A stretch of DNA of 64,000 bases. Source: Nitrospirota bacterium. GTDB taxonomy: Bacteria; Nitrospirota; UBA9217. Of this stretch, positions 19,581-32,029 are shown piece by piece. A program made the position numbers and the translations under genes. The stretch's first letter is position 1; each line of letters begins with the position of its first letter. Below the pieces are notes generated by a model that was not told the DNA's origin, ran no database searches, and saw nothing but the letters and a program-made list of their open reading frames with translations. The stretch spans positions 320,001-384,000 of the forward strand of contig CAVWHO010000016.1 in NCBI GenBank assembly GCA_963754875.1, read 5' to 3'.

Positions 19581-19946
19581 CTAATTCTCTTCCGATAGTT
19601 CGGTCCGTACGAGCGCCAGTATTGCCGAATGCGGGACGATGAGGTACTTCTTTTCTTCAAACTCGATCTCCATGGCAGAGTCCTTGAGAAAGATCGCATA
19701 GTCGCCCTCCGCTGCCTGGAGAGGAACATATTTTACGTCCTTCTTCCCCGTTTGCCACGACTCATCGGGCGTTGTATCTGGGATCGCATAGCCGGGACCG
19801 GTCTTCACGACGTGGCCGCCCAGGACCTTCTCCTTTTCCTTGACTGTGGGCGGGAGGTAGAGCCCCGAAGGGGTCTTGTCCATGCGCTCGTCAGGATCGA
19901 TGAGGACACGATCTCCGACAATAATAAGGTTCTTCTTCGTTTTCAT
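19581..19946 (-). CDS. Stand-alone GroES-family co-chaperonin
   Basis: GDRVLIDP...KTPSGLYLP...G.VVKTGPG...GDYAIF...YLIVPHSAIL; no groEL adjacent. Confidence 0.85.
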   Translation of the reverse strand: MKTKKNLIIVGDRVLIDPDERMDKTPSGLYLPPTVKEKEKVLGGHVVKTGPGYAIPDTTPDESWQTGKKDVKYVPLQAAEGDYAIFLKDSAMEIEFEEKKYLIVPHSAILALVRTELSEEN

Positions 19947-20150
19947 GATCAGCATTATAATCGTTTTTTTAAATACCGCAAGAGTCGTATCACGGGGGTC
20001 AGAAACGTTGACACGAACGAATGCGGAGAAGAGTCGGATAAGATCGGAACTTTTCCCGGAAAAGGATTCATGCTAGTCCTTGTCTTTTTTTTCCGCCTTT
20101 AGAAGTTAATCCGATTTTTCTGTATCCAAAATGCTCTTTAGGTTTATGTA

Positions 20151-20543
20151 CTATCGTTTTTTTGTAATGCCCATGAAGTGTGACAGGATCGCCGCAATTT
20201 TGTATCTCCGGTCCGCGAACCATTGGTATGAGACGCGGGAGATCGTCCGTGCACCGGGAAGTTTGAATAGGAGGACTGCGAAGCGATAGTGTTTGAGCCG
20301 TGTGAAGACTTCGGGCAGGGCTTGTTCGCCGACGAGGACCGTGCCGTCGGGAAGGACTAGGTGCATCGCGTTCATGCAAGCCGCGCGCTCTATATCAGGG
20401 AACCGGGACGCAGTCTCTTCGGCTTGGCACAGCAATAGGGTAAAGGAGTTTTCAATCTCGTTCTCCCTGATCCACCCGATAGCCCCGGAGCAAAGCGGAC
20501 AGGACCCGTCGTAGATGAGCGTTGCCTGCTCCTGTTTTTTCAT
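20151..20543 (-). CDS. DUF393 / DCC1-like thiol-disulfide oxidoreductase family protein
   Basis: LIYDGSCPLC motif; YQWFADRRY. Confidence 0.88.
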   Translation of the reverse strand: MKKQEQATLIYDGSCPLCSGAIGWIRENEIENSFTLLLCQAEETASRFPDIERAACMNAMHLVLPDGTVLVGEQALPEVFTRLKHYRFAVLLFKLPGARTISRVSYQWFADRRYKIAAILSHFMGITKKR

Positions 20544-20593
20544 GGTTCTGCCTCATAACGGAATATGTTTCATCCCGCTATGCCCCTGGAAAC

Positions 20594-20944
20594 TCAGCAG
20601 TAGACATAGGTCCGAGCCAGCTTCGGCAATGACTCATCGTCGACGATGAAGGAACAACTGCGGAAATCATCCCGCAGCCCGTCAAGCGCCTGAATAAAAT
20701 CAAAGAGCCGCAGGTTCGGGTGTGCGTTCAAGCCGGCCCGGAGCAAAGGAATGCTTTTGATCAGCAGTTCGAACGCCCCCTTGCATTCGCGCCGGATGTA
20801 GTGATGAAACGAGCCGGTCACCATTAGCAGCCCCTGGAGGAAGTTTGTCTCATCCGGGTCTTTTTCATCGAGCCAGATGTCCTCCCACGCTTCATGGGCA
20901 TCGAAATATTTTCCATCATTGAACAGGGAAATGCCTTTCTCCAA
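20594..20944 (-). CDS. DUF309 family protein (start uncertain, possible 5' indel)
   Basis: GISLFNDGKYFDAHEAWEDIW...FLQGLL. Confidence 0.88.
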   Translation of the reverse strand: MEKGISLFNDGKYFDAHEAWEDIWLDEKDPDETNFLQGLLMVTGSFHHYIRRECKGAFELLIKSIPLLRAGLNAHPNLRLFDFIQALDGLRDDFRSCSFIVDDESLPKLARTYVYC

Positions 20945-21009
20945 TCGCCTGCTTCAGATCTCATGGTTTTCACTGCCTTTTCCCCCCTTCTTCTTTTGCG
21001 TCTCCAGAG

Positions 21010-21053
21010 AAAAAAACCGGGATGCCCGATCGAACTGTCCTTCGGCAACCCGG
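21010..21053 (-). terminator. Intrinsic terminator forming the riboswitch expression platform
   Basis: CCGGGTTGCCGA pairs with TCGGGCATCCCGG, followed by T7; overlaps the 3' strand of the aptamer. Confidence 0.75.
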
Positions 21054-21121
21054 CATCTTTCGGAAAGGGAAGATCCACGACTTTCCGCCCCCTCCTCACG
21101 AAGGGTTGGGTTTTATCGGGA
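21039..21121 (-). ncRNA. GEMM-I (c-di-GMP-I family) riboswitch, probably the 3',3'-cGAMP-sensing GEMM-Ib subclass
   Basis: Minus strand CCGATAAAACCCAACCCTTC-GTGA-GGAGGGGGCGGAAAGTCGTGGATCTT...AAGATGCCGGGTTGCCGAA: P2 with GNRA-type GTGA loop, GGAAAG junction, P3, and the GCCGA 3' end; A at the position equivalent to G20. Confidence 0.85.
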
Positions 21122-21140
21122 TGGCGTCTATCCTGATTTA

Positions 21141-21170
21141 TTTATAGCTCTCCGGGGTCCACGCTGTCAA
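21141..21170 (-). promoter_or_regulatory. Sigma70-type promoter upstream of the riboswitch
   Basis: TTGACA-18 nt-TATAAA, ending ~20 nt before the aptamer. Confidence 0.6.
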
Positions 21171-21237
21171 GTTCCGGTTCGGGGCGAGTGGACCTTGTAA
21201 GCTCGAAGCCTGAATCGGGGGGAAGATTACCCCTAGA

Positions 21238-21681
21238 TTACGCCGCGTTTCGTTCGCCTTGTACGGCATAGCTCCGGAAATCCTGCTCGATGCCCTTGAT
21301 AAAATTTTCGCGCCGTCTCTTGTAAGAAAAGGTCTTGATCCCGATAAACATCCGGTAATCGATGTAAAAATAGAGTTCAAAACTGCTCACTGCCACTGCC
21401 GACAGGATGAAGCCGCTCTTGAGCCTCAACAATTCCGTATGGACCTGGAAATCCACGTTGAACAGCACAATTACGGCCAGGACCAGAGCGGCGAGAATGA
21501 GATTGAAGACAGTGAAGAACCTGCGCTCGAGCTCCCTGAACTCGATGGACTCCACATAATCGAACAGCCTTCCGGCCTTCTCATCAAACGTTTCCCAATC
21601 GCGTTTTCGCGCGTAATAGAGCAGCCCATTGCGGTAACTCTCCACTTCCTGATTGAATAGTTCGGCAAGCTCCTTTTTCAT
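21238..21681 (-). CDS. Hypothetical membrane protein, two TM helices
   Basis: 147-aa ORF with AGGTG RBS and two hydrophobic segments. Confidence 0.7.
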   Translation of the reverse strand: MKKELAELFNQEVESYRNGLLYYARKRDWETFDEKAGRLFDYVESIEFRELERRFFTVFNLILAALVLAVIVLFNVDFQVHTELLRLKSGFILSAVAVSSFELYFYIDYRMFIGIKTFSYKRRRENFIKGIEQDFRSYAVQGERNAA

Positions 21682-21726
21682 GCCAAATCACCTGCACTTT
21701 CCTTCAAAGTTGATTTAACAGGAGTA

Positions 21727-22074
21727 TCAACAATGCCCGCTATATTGTATGTTTTCCTCCGTTGGAACGTGCTCGACGGTCCCGCTGCTGCCACACTCGC
21801 TGCACCGTTCTATACCTTGGATGATCAGCTTTGCGGCGCATTCCCGGTATTCCTCAATAAGCCCCCGGTCCGAAAGGCTCTTCAGCAACAGGGCCTTGGG
21901 TTCTATGTAGGAAGCACCACAATGCATGCAGACCCAGATAAAGTTCTGTTTTGCTGATGCAAGACACTTTGTACAAACAAAGATATGCTGCCTTGGCGCG
22001 ATCTCCGTACTGATCGGCGTCATCTCTTCCCTGCAAATATGGCAAAGGGTTGTGAAATATCGGTTGTCCACCAA
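21727..22074 (-). CDS. Small protein with four CxxC motifs (two putative zinc ribbons)
   Basis: CHIC, CTKC, CMHC, CSEC; TTG/GTG start after a GTGAGG RBS, downstream of a sigma54 promoter. Confidence 0.7.
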   Translation of the reverse strand: MVDNRYFTTLCHICREEMTPISTEIAPRQHIFVCTKCLASAKQNFIWVCMHCGASYIEPKALLLKSLSDRGLIEEYRECAAKLIIQGIERCSECGSSGTVEHVPTEENIQYSGHC

Positions 22075-22125
22075 GTACGCCTCACTTTCACGATAGAGAT
22101 ACATAATATATATATTATACAAAAA

Positions 22126-22141
22126 AGCAAAAACCATGCCT
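22126..22141 (-). promoter_or_regulatory. Sigma54 (-24/-12) promoter
   Basis: AGGCATGGTTTTTGCT = GG-N10-GC, ~50 nt before the CxxC gene. Confidence 0.75.
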
Positions 22142-22285
22142 GACTAGATTTGAGATAGGCGGGTGGAAAAGGGGGCGGGTTGAAATAAACCAGTTCTTCG
22201 GTTTATCAAAGGGATAATTCGTTTCAATAATCAGGGCATTGTTAACAGCAGCATACATCGAGAAAAATAGCCCAAAATAGGTAGG

Positions 22286-23615
22286 TCAAAATTTTTCTCC
22301 TGTGGGAAAATTGACACTATATTCTGTTCCGTAATGGGCAGTTACAAGGTTTCCCCTCAACTTCTCGGCATGCAATATCCGTTTTACAGCCAGTTCGTAT
22401 GCCGCCTTGCGCATTCTGCATCGGGTTTCCCGACAGCGGCTCTGGACGTCGTTGAAGGCCGTGGTCATGATCTCCTTCAGCCGGGCAAGTACTTTTTCTT
22501 CAGGCCAGGCGTCTCCGTTCAGGTTCTGGCTCCATTCGAAGTAGCTGACCACAACGCCTCCCGCGTTGGCGAGAATGTCCGGGATGAGGAGGATGTCCCG
22601 GTTAAAGAGAATATCATCAGCTGCCGCAGTCGTCGGCGCATTGGCGAGTTCAAGAATGAACTGCGCTTTCACGTCCTTTGCATTGTTCGCGTCGAGCTGG
22701 TTCGAAAGCGCCGCGGGTATCAGCACATCGCAATCGATTGTAAGGAGCTCGGAGTTGGTGATGTCCCGTGCGCCGGGAAAGTGAACGATGGTGCCCGTCT
22801 TTTTTTTGTGCTCTCTGATCGCCGGGATGTCGAGGCCCTGCGGGTTCAGGATGCCGCCGTTGACATCGCTCACGGCCATGACGTTGTAGCCTCGTTCATG
22901 AAGGATACGCGCTGCGTTTTCACCCACGTTGCCGAACCCCTGGACCGCAACGCGAAGCCCGCGGGGATCCATGCCGCGGTCCTTCAGGGCCTGTTCGAGC
23001 ACATGGATACCACCCAGGGCAGTGGAATATCTGCGCGCCACGATGCCGCCCAGTTCCGGAGGTTTGCCCGTGACCACGGCGGGCACATGCTCGCGCTTGA
23101 TCCGTTCGAATTCATCGAGGATCCACGCCATGATCTGTTCGTCGGTGTAGACGTCCGGCGCGGGAATATCTTTGAACGGGCCGATGTAGTCGGCGATGGC
23201 CCGGATGTAGCCGCGCGTCACAAGTTCGAGGTCCCGCCGGGAGATGTCCATCGGGATTGACGACCACGCCGCCTTTTGCGCCGCCGAAGGGAATGTTCAC
23301 GACCGCGCACTTGAGTGCCATGAGAAAGGCCAGTTCGCTGGCATGCTCTGCGTTCATCTCCGGGTGGAACCGGATGCCGCCCTTGGCCGGCCCGCGGGCG
23401 TCGTTGTACTGCACGCGAAAGCCCGTGAACATCTGCGTCTTGCCGGTCGTCATCTTGACCGGAAAGCTTACCGTAAAGGACTGCCGCGGCACGGACAGGA
23501 GATCAAGTGCGTCCTGGGTAAGTCCCAAGTCGGTGTAGATCGTCTGCAGTTCGGTCATGCCGACGCTGCGGAGATCTTTTTCGTCTCGGTGGAGCCGGTC
23601 GTGGTTGCGGTTCAT
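22286..23615 (-). CDS. gdhA: Glutamate dehydrogenase (Glu/Leu/Phe/Val family), one frameshift near 23250
   Basis: [59 protein letters not shown]; the 3' end may be extended by an indel. Confidence 0.88.
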
Positions 23616-23711
23616 GAACACCTCGAAGGCAGTTCAAAGTTCAGCGATCATAGTGCAAAGTAAAAATCTTGCTTCTTCAACTCGGAACTGTGAACTTTGA
23701 ACTCTGAACTA

Positions 23712-25135
23712 TTATTTTGTCAGTCCCGTCTTCTTCGCCGTTTCAGAAACGGCCGCGGCAACGCGGGCCGGGACTTCCCGGTCAAAGGGGCTGGGAATGA
23801 TGTAATCTTCGTGCAGCTCTTCGGTCTCGATACACATGGGCTATGGCCTTGGCAGCCGCGAGTTTCACGGCTTCGTTCACGCCATGGGCCCGCACGTCGA
23901 GGAGCCCGCGGAACATGCCGGGGAAGCCGAGCATGTTGTTGATCTGGTTCGGGTAGTCGGACCGTCCCGTTGCCATGACCCGCACCAGGTCGTGGACATC
24001 CTCGGGCGAGATCTCCGGGTCAGGGTTTGCAAGGGCGAAGACAACGGGGTCCTTTGCCATTTTCCTCACGTCGTCGGCGGAGATCACGTTCGGAGCCGAA
24101 AGACCGATGAAGACGTCAGCTCCCTTCATGGCGTCCGAAATGCGGCCTTTCAGTTTCCGCGGGTTCGTCACTTTCGCGAGCTCGCGCTTGGCGGGGTCCA
24201 TACCCTGCTTTCTGCCGACGGAGAGGACGCCGGTGCTGTCGCACACGGTGATGTCCTTGACGCCCGAGGCCAGGAGGATTTTGGTCACTGCCGTGCCCGC
24301 GGCGCCTGCGCCGACCACGACGACCTTGAACTTTTTGATGTCCCGCTTCAAGAGCCGCGAGACGTTGATGAGCGCGGCCAGCGCAACGACCGCGGTCCCG
24401 TGCTGGTCGTCATGGAACACGGGGATGTCGAGCAGCTTTCTGAGCCTTTTTTCGACCTCAAAACAGTGGGGCGCGGAAAAATCTTCCAGGTTGATGCCGC
24501 CGAAGGCCGGCGCTATGTTCTTCACGGTCTCGACGATCTCGTCCACGTTCTGTCGTGGCGAGCACGATCGGGAAGGCATCGATATTGGCGAACTCCTTGA
24601 AGATCATCGCCTTGCCTTCCATGACGGGAAGCGCTGCTTCGGGCCCGATGTCGCCGAGGCCCAGGACAGCAGTGCCGTCGGATATGACGGCAACGGAATT
24701 GCCTTTTATGGTGTAGCGGTAGGCATGCTCTTTATTCTGAAAGATGTCCATGCACACGCGCGCCACACCCGGGGTATAGACCTTGGAGAGGTCGTTCCGG
24801 TCCCGTAGCGGCAGCTTGTTTTTGATCTCGATCTTTCCGCCTTCATGGGCCAGGAACGTGCGGTCCGAGACCCTGATGACCTTGACGCCCGTAACGGTCC
24901 TGATCGCTTTTACAATGGCCTTTTCGTGTTCTTCGTTCTGGGCGTTTACGGTGATGTCGCGGATGATCTTGCCCTTTTCCACGCGCACGATGTCCACGGA
25001 GCCCAGGTCGCCGCCTGCGCTCGAAATGGCCGTGGCGATCCTCGCGAACATCCCGATCCTGTTCTCAATCTCCACTCTGATGCTGATGCTGTAGCTGGGA
25101 CTGCAGCTGTAGTCGGACGTGCATGCGTCGCTCAT
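23712..25135 (-). CDS. NAD-dependent malic enzyme with N-terminal ACT domain, two frameshifts
   Basis: YTPGVA, DGTAVLGLGDIGP, VMEGKA, GINLEDF, FHDDQHGTA, GAGAAG, ATGRSDYPNQINN; the C-terminus (YIIPSPFDR) ends at TAA 23712 in another frame. Confidence 0.9.
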
Positions 25136-25155
25136 AGATGGTCTCCTTTTGACTA

Positions 25156-25184
25156 ATTATAGAAGCAATATCCCCGATGGTCAA
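25156..25184 (-). promoter_or_regulatory. Sigma70-type promoter of the malic enzyme-gdh unit
   Basis: TTGACC-17 nt-TATAAT. Confidence 0.7.
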
Positions 25185-25467
25185 CTCTGGTTCGCATTAT
25201 AATAATAAATAATAGAGGAAGACGAACGACGTCTTGTCGGCAATAATTCCAAGTTGAGTTTTTCTCTTTTTTAAAAATCACGGTGCAAAAAATAAATGAA
25301 GCAGGTATAATTCCCTCCGTAATTTTTTCGTACGGCGTTTTATTGCAAAGATGCGCGGCTTCGAAACCAATCCGAAGCCGTTCCTCTGGACATTTTTTGA
25401 CTTTGCGATTATACTGCCATTGTTCCGCGATTCATTATTCCGGCGCCGGAAGTGATAAAGGACGACT

Positions 25468-26863
25468 ATGACCGACTTTCGCATCGAAAAAGATTCCCTC
25501 GGGGAAGTAAAGGTCCCGAAAGATGCGCTCTACAGCGCCCAGACGCAGCGGGCTGTAGAAAACTTTCCCGTGAGCGGCATCGGCTTTTCCCGCGCCTTCC
25601 TCCGCGCCCTCGGGCTCATCAAGGCCACGGCCGCAGAGGTGAACGCCGGGCTCGGGTCTGCTCGATGCCACGATCGCCCATGCAATTCATCTCGCTGCTC
25701 TCGAAGTGTCTGACGGAAAATGGGACGACCAGTTCCCGCTCGACATTTACCAGACCGGCTCCGGCACGTCCACAAACATGAACGCAAACGAGGTGATCGC
25801 GAGCCGCGCGACCCAGATCCTCGGCGCTTCGGCAAAGCCCGTCCATCCGAATAATCATGTGAACATGGGCCAGTCGTCGAACGACGTCATTCCTGCCGCC
25901 ATCCATGTGAGCGCTTATCTCGAAGTAAGCGAAAAACTTCTGCCTGCGCTCAGGCACCTTCAGGGAACGCTCAAGAAGCGCGAAGCGGAGTTTCATGATA
26001 TAGTAAAAACGGGCAGGACCCATTTAATGGACGCCATGCCGGTAAGGCTCAGCCAGGAGATAAGCGGCTGGGCGTACCAGGTTGAGCTTGCAGTCGCCAG
26101 GATAGAATCCACCCTGCCCCGCCTGGCACAGCTCGCTATCGGCGGCACTGCCGTAGGCACGGGCATCAACGCACCTAAGGAGTTCGGCAAGATCGTGGCG
26201 AGCAGGCTTGCAGGCAGCACCAAGCTCCCCTTTGTCGAAACAGCGAATCATTTTGCCGCGCAGGCAACCATGGATTCCGCAGTCGAGCTCTCCGGGCAGT
26301 TGAAGACCACTGCATCGTCATTCATGAAGATGGCCAACGACCTCCGCTGGATGAACAGCGGTCCTATCGCAGGACTGGGTGAGATCTCCCTGCCGTCACT
26401 GCAGCCGGGATCGAGCATCATGCCCGGCAAGGTAAACCCCGTTATGTGCGAGATGATGATGATGGTCTGCGCCCAGGTCACGGGGAATGACGCCGCGATC
26501 ACGATCTGCAACCAGCAGGGCAATTTCGAGCTGAACGTCATGCTCCCGGCCGTAGCGCATAACCTGCTGCAGTCCATACAACTCATGGGGAACGCGGCGC
26601 GGCTTCTTGCGGACAAGGCCGTTGCCGGCTTTATTGTGAACAAGGAACGCATTGCGGGCCTGGTGGACCAGAACCCGATCCTCGTGACAGCGCTCAATCC
26701 CGTGATCGGTTACGACAAGGCCGCGCAGATCGCAAAAAAGGCTTATGCAGAAAAACGGTCCGTAAAAGACGTTGCCGCGGAAATGACGGGTCTGTCGAAG
26801 GCTGAATTGAACAAACTTCTCGATCCCGTGCCCATGACCGAGGGCGGGATCACCCAGGAGTAG
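25468..26863 (+). CDS. fumC: Class II fumarate hydratase, frameshifted near 25660-25710
   Basis: [39 protein letters not shown], signature [11 protein letters not shown]. Confidence 0.92.
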
Positions 26864-26890
26864 TTTATCTTTTTCATTCGAGGGAACAGG

Positions 26891-27567
26891 ATGAACTATC
26901 TTACCCACTTCCACAGTAAGCAGAAAGATCCTCATGGCCGTTTCCGGCCAGATACTCGTCTTCTTCATCCTCTTTCACATCGTTGGCAACTCTACGATTT
27001 TTTTCCACATGCTGAATGCCTACGTCGTCGGCCTCCACCATTTGCCGCTTCTGGTCTGGGGAGGCAGGCTCGTTCTCCTCGCTGCCTTCGCAATCCACAT
27101 CTATTACGGCATTGTGCTCAAGCTCGAAGAATTATGCCGCAAAGCCCCAGGCCTACGCCATGACCCGTTTCCGTCAGGCCACGTTCTCAGGCAGATACCA
27201 GATCTGGTCCGGCGTCGTGCTCCTTGCGTTTGTCGTTTACCATCTGCTCCAGTTCACCTTCCTGGTCCTCATCGACCCCTCGATCGCGCCGGCATCCCAT
27301 CCGGACGCGATGGGCAAGCCCGACGTGTTCACGATGGTCGTACGCAGTTTCCAGGAACCGGGAATCTCTCTGGCGTACCTCATCGCCCTGGGGGCGCTGA
27401 TGCTGCACCTGCTCCACGGCATCCAGAGTTCGTTCCAGACCTGGGGCCTCACCAGCGAGACAGCGCTCCCGGTGATCGAAACGTCCGGGACCATCGCGTC
27501 GATCATGCTGTTTCTGTGGTATATAGCGATCCCCGGCGTGATTGTTTTGGGAATATTGAAAGGTTGA
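26891..27567 (+). CDS. sdhC: Succinate dehydrogenase/fumarate reductase cytochrome b subunit, frameshifted
   Basis: [32 protein letters not shown] and [15 protein letters not shown] heme-His segments lie across frames. Confidence 0.85.
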
Positions 27568-27661
27568 AGAAGCAGAGCGCATGGCGCAGAGAGCAGAGGG
27601 GATGAGGAATCAGGCTACCCCATGCTCCATGCGCTATGCTCCCTGCACGGAGCATACGACT

Positions 27662-29575
<1,914 letters not shown>

Positions 29576-29660
29576 CGAACCGTTTAAACGTTAAAACGGT
29601 CAAGCGTCAAACGATCTACACCTTAAAGAACGAACACACTTTTTTCGAAGAGGTTGAAAC

Positions 29661-30401
29661 ATGAATCTGACATTATACGTCTGGCGACAACGCAACTCCG
29701 CGGACAAAGGCAAACTCGTTCAGTACGAAGCGAAGGACATCGAGAGCGACGTGTCCTTTCTTGAAATGCTCGATGTCCTGAACCAGGAATTGATTAAAAA
29801 GGGTGAAGAGCCCATCGCCTTCGACAGCGACTGCCGGGAAGGCATCTGCGGCATGTGCGGTCAGGTCGTGAACGGCATACCGCACGGCCCGCAGAAAAAG
29901 ACGACCGTCTGCCAGCTTCACATGCGCCACTTCAAGGACGGCGATACGATCTACATCGAACCCTTCCGCGCCAAGGCCTTCCCGGTCATAAAGGACCTCA
30001 TCGTTGACCGCGGCGCCTTTGACAAGATCATCCAGGCCGGAGGCTACGTCTCGGTCCACACCGGAGGCGTGCCTGACGGGAACACCATCCTGATTCCCAA
30101 ACAGGACGCGGACACGGCCATGGATGCTGCCGAGTGCATCGGCTGCGGGGCCTGCGTTGCTGCCTGTCCGAACGGCTCGGCAATGCTCTTTACCTCGGCC
30201 AAGGTGTCCCATCTCGCTCTGCTGCCGCAGGGAAAAGTAGAGGCCGCCAGACGCGTCTGTGCCATGACCGAGGAAATGCTGAACCAGGGCTTCGGCAACT
30301 GCAGCAATCATTATGAGTGCGAAGCGGTCTGTCCCAAGGGCATCAAAGTCAAATTTATCGCAAAGCTGAACCGGGAGTTCATCAAGGCCCAGATCACGTA
30401 G
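29661..30401 (+). CDS. sdhB: Succinate dehydrogenase/fumarate reductase iron-sulfur subunit
   Basis: [37 protein letters not shown]. Confidence 0.95.
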   Translation: MNLTLYVWRQRNSADKGKLVQYEAKDIESDVSFLEMLDVLNQELIKKGEEPIAFDSDCREGICGMCGQVVNGIPHGPQKKTTVCQLHMRHFKDGDTIYIEPFRAKAFPVIKDLIVDRGAFDKIIQAGGYVSVHTGGVPDGNTILIPKQDADTAMDAAECIGCGACVAACPNGSAMLFTSAKVSHLALLPQGKVEAARRVCAMTEEMLNQGFGNCSNHYECEAVCPKGIKVKFIAKLNREFIKAQIT

Positions 30402-30475
30402 AGCTGCCTTCCAGCATCGCCGTGTTGCTGGCTTTTCCGCTTTACTTCCCGTTCGGCTTATATTATCATTGCCCT

Positions 30476-30866
30476 ATGAGAAAGACGCGGAAAACTTCGT
30501 GATTTCTGCGGAATATGACATCGTCACTGCCGAGCACATGCATAAACCGGACGGTATATTTATGTGGTCTTTATGTGCCATCTGGCAATCGAGAAGATGT
30601 TTAAAGCTGTAGCCGTCGAAGTCACGAACAAGCCTGCGCCAAGGACTCACAACCTTCTCTATTTAACGAAGCTCACAGAAATCAATTTCCCCTCTAAACA
30701 CATTGAATTCGTGTCCAAGATAAACAACGCAAGCATTATCACGCGATATCCGGAAGACTTTTCAAAACTCGTTGAAGTATATCCTGCCGACGTTTCAGCC
30801 TCATACCTGGAGCAGACAAAGGATGTGATCGTATGGTTAAAACAGAACGAGAGATTAAAGAAATAA
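30476..30866 (+). CDS. HEPN domain protein (putative toxin); 5' part disrupted by homopolymer indels
   Basis: Reconstructed MRKDAENF..SAEYD..AEHM..GRYIYVVFMCHLAIEK; RTHNL and TRYP motifs. Confidence 0.82.
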
Positions 30867-31147
30867 TCGACAAATACCAGAAGGAAATCGAAAAGCTGGG
30901 CGTGCAGCCGAAGAAGATCATCCTTTACGGTTCTTACGCAGGCGGTACGCCGCGAGAAGACAGCGATATCGACGTCATCGTGGTCGCCGATGAGTTCAGA
31001 AAGATGAATCTGCGAGAGCGGCTTGAACTCCTCGGCCTCGCAGCAGGCAGGGTCTTAGAGCCCATCGAGGCCCTTGGCTATACGCAGGAAGAACTGGATT
31101 CCCGAAAGAAAGAATCGTTTCTGGAAGCTATACTAAAGTCCAAGTAA
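30833..31147 (+). CDS. Minimal nucleotidyltransferase (MNT; putative antitoxin)
   Basis: LYGSYAGGTPREDSDIDV (GS-x10-DxD); overlaps the HEPN gene. Confidence 0.9.
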   Translation: MVKTEREIKEIIDKYQKEIEKLGVQPKKIILYGSYAGGTPREDSDIDVIVVADEFRKMNLRERLELLGLAAGRVLEPIEALGYTQEELDSRKKESFLEAILKSK

Positions 31148-31281
31148 TGCTTTTCTAAACAAAACGTTGATTTCACGCTAACCATGATATCATAAAACTG
31201 CAGCTTTGCAGTATTTGACACGACGGTTCATAAATTGATGAGAAGGCCCACACCATAAATACCATCAGGGAGTGTAACATC

Positions 31282-31848
31282 ATGGCCCAAATCTTTCGTA
31301 TTTTCGGCTTTGCCGGCAGTTTAAGAAAAGGTTCTTACAACAAAGCCCTCCTGCGCGCTGCAGCAGAACTTCTTCCAGGCAGCGTAGAGCTCGAGGTCTT
31401 CGACCTCGAAGGCATCCCTCCGTTTAATCAGGATTTGGAGCAACAGCCCCCGACGAAGGTAAGGGAATTCAAGACAAAGATCAGGGCAGCTGATGCGCTC
31501 CTGATCGCAACACCGGAATATAATTATTCGATTCCCGGCGTCTTGAAGAACGCCATCGACTGCGGCTCTCGGCCCCATGGCGATAATGTCTTCGACGATA
31601 AGCCCGTGGCCATCATGGGCGCTTCCATCGGCATGCTCGGCACTGCCCGTGCCCAGTACCACCTCCGCCAGTCCTGCGTGTATCTCAACATGCATCCTCT
31701 GAACAAGCCGGAAGTCATGGTGACCTTTATTAAAGACAAGATCGACGCCGGCGGCAGGCTGACCGACGAGCCGACCCGGGCAAAGATAAGAGAGTTGATA
31801 GAAGCCCTCGTGGCCTGGACCCAGCGGCTGAAGAAAGCACAGAATTAA
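31282..31848 (+). CDS. NAD(P)H-dependent FMN reductase (ChrR/YieF-like)
   Basis: GSLRKGSYN, ATPEYNYSIPGVLKNAID, GTARAQYHLRQ. Confidence 0.92.
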   Translation: MAQIFRIFGFAGSLRKGSYNKALLRAAAELLPGSVELEVFDLEGIPPFNQDLEQQPPTKVREFKTKIRAADALLIATPEYNYSIPGVLKNAIDCGSRPHGDNVFDDKPVAIMGASIGMLGTARAQYHLRQSCVYLNMHPLNKPEVMVTFIKDKIDAGGRLTDEPTRAKIRELIEALVAWTQRLKKAQN

Positions 31849-32029
31849 GGCCGTCGGGTCTTTAAAAAAACCTTTAAGCCTTCCCGCACTTTTCCACATC
31901 CATGCTACAATAATAGTAGGTGCTTGCCTCAAGACCGATAGATCCTTCTTCGTTTCTAACCGTGTTCATCTGTGGTTTAAAAAGTTTTTCGAGAAGTTAA
32001 AATTTCCTCTCCCTTCGGAGGTGTAAATC

